A stretch of 62,893 nucleotides of DNA, the filler included, from Aduncisulcus paluster (Eukaryota), in NCBI GenBank assembly GCA_024181965.1. It is 8 parts of 8 records of this genome, joined end to end, with 100 filler letters (N's around TTAATTAATTAA, not from the genome) between each part and the next. Parts side by side here need not be neighbours in the genome. Positions count along the whole stretch, not along the records: positions 54,143 to 57,819 come from BQXS01011580.1; positions 57,920 to 60,397 come from BQXS01011581.1; positions 60,498 to 62,893 come from BQXS01011583.1; 5 more parts are not named here. One strand, given 5' to 3'. The notes beneath the pieces are model-generated. The model saw only the letters and a list, made by a program, of their open reading frames with translations, was not told the origin of the DNA and ran no database searches. Both the position numbers and the translations under genes were made by a program. How positions within the stretch are numbered: the first letter of the stretch is position 1; every line of letters begins with the position of its first letter. This document shows, in pieces, positions 57,441-62,893 of the stretch.

Positions 57441-57919
57441 CACAAACAATAATAACACGCAAATATCGAAATTTAATTGAAATAAAAAAAGACAATAAAC
57501 ACCAATAACTACCCCAATTGCAAGGAAAAACACGATTTGTTGACTCGCGATCCAAAATCGTTGAATGAGCGTGCTTCTCACTTAATGGGGTGTCTCTTAA
57601 CATTTGGAATACAATACAAAATGTTCAAGGAATCAAATAATTAATTATATTTTTTCTTTATTCTCTTTCTTTCTATCCACACAGAATGGAACTTCCATTG
57701 TTCTTCAAGAACACAGTCCACAGGAAAACTTACCAACACCAGATAAGAAATCGCACAAAATCTCGACAGTTGGTATGTGTTGATTTTTATTAATACACAA
57801 AGATCAACTAGACATCTCANNNNNNNNNNNNNNNNNNNNNNNNNNNNNNNNNNNNNNNNNNNNTTAATTAATTAANNNNNNNNNNNNNNNNNNNNNNNNN
57901 NNNNNNNNNNNNNNNNNNN

Positions 57920-59815
57920 GTTGTCAGGTTTCACGTCTCGATGCACAAGCTTTGGTTTAGCCGTGAACACATCATCAAGACACTCGATCATCCCAACACA
58001 TAACGATGCCACTTTCACAGGGTTCAGTGTCATGGGGTCAAAGTCAGGCACAGCAGTGTCAACATCGGTACTCTTAGAGCCAGAGCCAGAGCTTGAGGAC
58101 GAGTCTGAGTCTGAGGGTTCACTATCATCAGCAGTATCATCAACACTCACATACTTGCCATCAGCACACCAACGCTTGGCAAATGTACTCACACTGCCTC
58201 CAACACAAAATTCCATCAAGAAGCCATATACACCTTTCATATCGGAATCAAGCAGGTCAAGGATATACAGAGGACGTGGGATACGGTTGAAACACTTGGG
58301 ATTGTTGAACAACTTGAGTTGCACTTTAAACTCCTTCCGACACCCTTGCACAACAGTTTTGTCTGCAATCCGAAGCATCTTCTTCAGAACACATGGGAAA
58401 GGAATGCCATCAATAAGAACAAGAAGAACCTCTCCGAACCCACCACTGCCAATGATACACTGTGAAGTCAGTGTGGATGCAGATGTCAGGGTTAGCGAGT
58501 CGTGCTTGGGGTTATGTTTCTTTTTATCCTTATGTTTCTTCTGTTTGGTGTCTTTTGGTCTTGGATCCTTATCATTTCCTTTAATAACAATTTCTTGTTT
58601 TTGTTCTTCTTCTTTCACAGGTTTTGATGGCGAAGACAAAGTTGATGTGGGTGTCTTGGAGGAACTGGAAGAAACAGGAACAGGAGTAAGAAGAGGAGGA
58701 GAGGTGGGAATATCATCACCTCGAAGGAAAACAAGGGAGGCGATGCGGAATCTTCGACTATTCTTTGAACACCACCTTCCTTTCCCTTCAATCTCACACA
58801 ATACAACGTTATCCAACACGACATTATCTAAATCAATAGGAAGGAAGTGCCATTCATATTTATGTTCAGGTTTTGTGAATTCATACTTCTTGAATGTCTT
58901 CTTACCATCACAATCAGTGAAAGTGAAGAGAAGAGAGGGGGAACTGTCATACTTATTCACACAGATATAAGCACCTTTCATTGGACTAGGTGATGGGAAA
59001 GGGATGGAAAGATGGGATAACCATACACCACATTCTCCTTTTAACATTCTTTGTGCTTCTGAACTCTGATCATACCACTTAGATTCCTTACTATATGAAT
59101 CTTTCTTGCACTTAACCATTGAGAATGAAGGATCTACAAGCTTTGGATCATCACGTGGAATGGGAATAGAATCTCTGCCACAATTTTTTTCATCTCCTTC
59201 CTTAACAAACTCTGGTTTCACAACTGGAGCTTCAGACCATAGTTTCTCTCTGGCTTCACGAGATGTGATTTCTTCAGGAGATTCTTCTCTACAAATGAAA
59301 ACAAGGGATTTGATTCTAAACCAATCTTTCCTTCTTCCTTTCCCTGTAATCTCACACAGAACAACATCAGGGAGATCAACAGGAAGGTAAAACCAATGAC
59401 TACCATAAAACTCAAGAAACTCGCATTTCTTGGATGTTTTCTCGCCCTTTGGAGATGTGAGAGTGAAGATGAGATGTGATGGAGGTGAAGAATATCTTGA
59501 TCCACCATCAAGAGGAGCCCATAAATACCTTAGACAGATATAAGCACCTTTCATTGGGGAAGATGAAGAGAAAGGAATGGAAATATGGGTAAAATATCCA
59601 TCATTACTCTCTCCTTTCATCATCTTTTGTGCTTCAAAACTCTGATCGTACTTTTTATCACCTTCTTCCTTGGTTTCATCCATTGCTTCAATTGTTGGAA
59701 GCTCTGCACTCTTAATATTGGGGGCATCTCCAGGAATTGGACAGCACCACTCATTTCCTTTATGAACAAACTCAGGCTCCATAGTTTGAATAACAGCATC
59801 TGTGGATGAACTCAT
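57920..59815 (-). CDS. Protein kinase with two N-terminal APC10/DOC-like domains (3'-truncated)
   Basis: Two repeats of H.SIPF....PMKGAYIC...FT....G.KT.KK.EF...W..LP.DL..VVLCEI.GKG, then kinase motifs IGSGGFGEV, CVLKKM, MEFCVGGS and HRDVKPDN. Confidence 0.9.
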
Positions 59816-60497
59816 TTGAATAGAGATAGAAATTCTTATCTAAATAACAAAAACAAGCAGAATAATAATAGAATTTGTGAACAAACGGAATGAATGCGAA
59901 TTTCAAGGAGAACAGTCCGAGAAACAAAGACAAAACAAACAAAACGAACAAGAAACGACCACACAGCATAATATAGTTAGTATAATTGAATGAATCCGGT
60001 TAAAATATTTCTTAATGTACATCTAATAAAAGGCGCAACATATAATAAACATACAATTTGCTTGTTTGCCAAGAAATCGAAAAAATGGAGGACTGAACAG
60101 CAACCCTTCAATAGATAAGATTGGAAATTTAAAAAAACACATATAAACGAGATAAATGCTGGTAAATGATAAAAACATGTTTTATTTTCATTTCCATGCC
60201 ATGGTGTTTATTCTCGATATCTCAGGCTTTTGGAGACCCCTCAGGACTGGATATAGTTCCATTTCACGTGTTAAGAACATTTATGAACGATTTCAATGTT
60301 ATTCAATAACATGGATATATTTCCATTTCATTTCTATCCTTATCATTGCCTTTGAAAGGCAGCCTTTCTGTTTCATTTTCACTTGCTTTTGCTTACANNN
60401 NNNNNNNNNNNNNNNNNNNNNNNNNNNNNNNNNNNNNNNNNTTAATTAATTAANNNNNNNNNNNNNNNNNNNNNNNNNNNNNNNNNNNNNNNNNNNN

Positions 60498-62059
60498 GAA
60501 CGGTGGACTCCACATATGAATGGCATTGGACTTTCAAGGATTCCACAAAGCGCAAGAGGAAGAACAGGAATATACGTGTGTAACCACCTCAATGGAAATA
60601 TGAGACTCACGACACTCTCACAGACAGCGTGAAGCAGAGGCAAGGAATGTGAGACAAAGAGAATCTTACGCTCGAGAAGAACACAAGAGAGGACTTGGAA
60701 TACTACTGAATGTGGAAGAGCAGCAAATAATGGGAGGAGAGATGGGGGAGGGGATGGAGGTTGGTTCATGGGAGGTCTACAGAGAGAAAAGGATGAGAAC
60801 CGTCTGGAAGCAAGAGCTTTAGCCCATGGAACACACAATGAATTGGGTTTGCCGGTTGTTTGCTTGTCCTCTGAGGTGTCACAGTCTGTCAGAATTGTTG
60901 AGGATCCTTCACTCTGTTTCTTTGAAGACATTGGGGGTGATAAGGGTGACTTGGCGTGTCCCAAGATACTATCTTTGGCAGTCGTATCGGACTGGGCCGA
61001 CTCAAGACTTCCTCCAACCCCACGTAACCAGGGGACATCGATTGAAACGTGACCTGGAGGAGGTGTTGGAATGAGAAGGAGAGAAGCAAGATATGATTCA
61101 AGGGAAGCATTGATCGTGGATTCATTTGAATGTGTCTGATTGCACACAAAAGGAGATATAAAGAAACGAACAAAGATCTCACACAAAACATCACTCAAAC
61201 GATGAGAGAGCGAATGAATAGGTGATAAGAGAAGAATTGAAAGGGGGGAAAATAGTGAAGGAAGAGGTTTTGTTGAAACACTATCGGAAATGGGTGTTGG
61301 CCGAGGAGATACTTCCCCTTTGAAGACTTTTTCCTCATAATCCCAATTGACAGGCTCAGAGCCCCTGATCTCACGTAACAACAGTTCTGCACTTTGATAT
61401 ATCTGTTTTTTTGTTTCAAGAAGAGCTTTCTTGGCTTCTTTAGGGGAAAGGAGGAGAGAAGGATTATCTGAGCTACTTGTTGGATCCGCTAAGGAAGATG
61501 TGGAAAGACGCTGGCCGATTTGGTGGATTTCAGATAATCTCTCACCCTCATCTGAGTCCTCCATCAATTTGAAAGAAGGAGTGGAAAGATTCATCATAGA
61601 TTTTCGCCTGGAATGAACAGAATTAGATTTCGAGCTAGGATTGAGTTTCTTAGAGCCAGATGATTGAAATTTCAGCATTTCAAGTGGGGTAAGAGAGTCA
61701 ACATAGCTGATAGTTGACTGGATCAAAGAATTACAAAAGTCTTCTCGAACTGATGGTTTGACCATCTCATAAATCCTTAAACATGTTCCATAATGCCGAA
61801 TTCCATCCAAATCCGTTAAAACAAATGAATGAATGAACGGTTTTTGGGAGGAATTGTAGAGTTTCATGTTGGTAGGAAACGCAAATAAGGCTAATCGGTC
61901 GCTTTTAAATAATTCGGAGGATACACGGGAATTGTTTGATGCTTCAAACAAGCATGAAGGGGAAAATGCTTGGTCCTTTAAGGATTTACCAAGATTAATA
62001 GACTTAGGGACGATCTCATCTTGGACCCCATATATAGATATATGTTCGATAAAATTCAT
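60498..62059 (-). CDS. DENN-domain protein (Rab GEF family), 3'-truncated
   Basis: uDENN FAFP...HSFVLTDLDGIRHYGTCL and cDENN LLERKILFVS...CESVVSLIFPLRWLHTYIPVLP....LESPMPFICGVH. Confidence 0.9.
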
Positions 62060-62346
62060 ATATTATTCACAATTGATCAAATTGTGTAATATATAAATTA
62101 TAAAAAAATGTTTCAAGGTGTAAGATCGAGGGAAAACGCTTGGCGTTGTTGGGAAATAAAATTGAAACAAATAAAGATGCGAAAATAAATTTATTCTCAG
62201 TTGTTTGTAAAATATTTTATCTTTCATCAAATTCTTGCAGTAGAAACGCCATTAACGCAACCCCTGCGAGACTGACGGTATTAGAACATGTTATATTCCA
62301 AATGGTTCCTGTTTTTATGTTAAACTAAATAACTTCAATGATATGG

Positions 62347-62893
62347 TTAGATAATTCCTTGGAAAGGATCGGATATCGACTTGCACGTGGGACAAGGGCA
62401 AATGGTAGAAACTGGTCCTGATGGAACAGTATCTCGTATTGATATATCGTTAGCTATAACTGGGAAAGTTATACTGCTTGGTTGGATCGATGTTGATGAG
62501 AACATGGGAAGTTGTGTTGGTTTCTCAATTACACCTGAAGGAGGCGGAATCACAATTGGAAGGCCAACCAATGATGGTGTTTGATCGAGAGGTTGTGGCA
62601 TAGCCGAATCGGAAATCACCTGAAGAATATCAGACGGAATCGGAGAGGAGTCTGATGGAACGGGGGGTTTCTTTTTGAATAATACTTCATCAACAAGATA
62701 AGATGATATATGTTTGGAGTCTTCTATGCCGGAATAACGGAAAAAGGCTTCTAATCGATCAAGAGCCTGCTCTTTGGAAATAAGGCGAAGACTGGCGGCC
62801 ATTACTGACATTGGAGCTCCAATAGTGGTACAAGCGATACATTTCGAACTCTTGTCTGGATGAGAATGATCGTGCAAACAGTGTTTTTCGTGT
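62347..62893 (-). CDS. Hypothetical protein, C-terminal part
   Basis: Pro/Ser-rich ORF with two CxxC pairs (CIAC, CPTC); it reaches nearly to the window edge, so the start is probably outside. Confidence 0.45.
   Translation of the reverse strand, partial: HEKHCLHDHSHPDKSSKCIACTTIGAPMSVMAASLRLISKEQALDRLEAFFRYSGIEDSKHISSYLVDEVLFKKKPPVPSDSSPIPSDILQVISDSAMPQPLDQTPSLVGLPIVIPPPSGVIEKPTQLPMFSSTSIQPSSITFPVIANDISIRDTVPSGPVSTICPCPTCKSISDPFQGII

Noticed and set aside
57441..57581. N-terminal TM helices on the single DOC-like protein
   Set aside because: They depend on a GTG start in T-rich sequence that yields hydrophobic codons by composition; the first ATG is downstream.
57921..58970. Long antisense ORFs (349 aa here; also opposite H3 and other genes)
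   Set aside because: Shadow frames of genuine genes on the other strand, with no independent protein features.

Overview
This is eukaryotic, gene-dense protist DNA with few introns and the standard genetic code (ORFs end in TAA, TAG or TGA). It is not one locus. Eight scaffold pieces are joined by 100-nt N44-TTAATTAATTAA-N44 spacers, and eight internal 20-N gaps are flanked by duplicated sequence (assembly artefacts). Gene content (DOC-like-domain kinases, LRR/Cys-rich proteins, poly-Ser tracts, GTATGT introns, a bacterial-type ferredoxin) suggests an anaerobic metamonad of the Fornicata, such as Aduncisulcus paluster; this is inference only. Recognisable genes: exportin-7-like, a 4Fe-4S ferredoxin, an MmpL/RND transporter, a divergent histone H3, a CatSper1-like single-domain Ca2+ channel, neutral-ceramidase-like, a dynein heavy chain C-terminus, an MIT-domain fragment, a RING-H2 E3 with KEG/HERC2-like repeats, an LRR/Cys-rich surface protein and a DENN protein. 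Two things stand out. (1) A ~110-130-aa APC10/DOC-like beta-domain family occurs in three architectures on three scaffolds: a possibly myristoylated 7-domain array assembled across three phase-0 introns, a single-domain protein, and a 2-domain protein kinase. (2) Scaffold 51624-54042 carries the GPY+chromodomain end of a chromovirus integrase, an 828-bp non-autonomous CACAG...CTGTG DNA transposon with palindromic subterminal repeats, and a tRNA-derived element, all missed by the ORF track.
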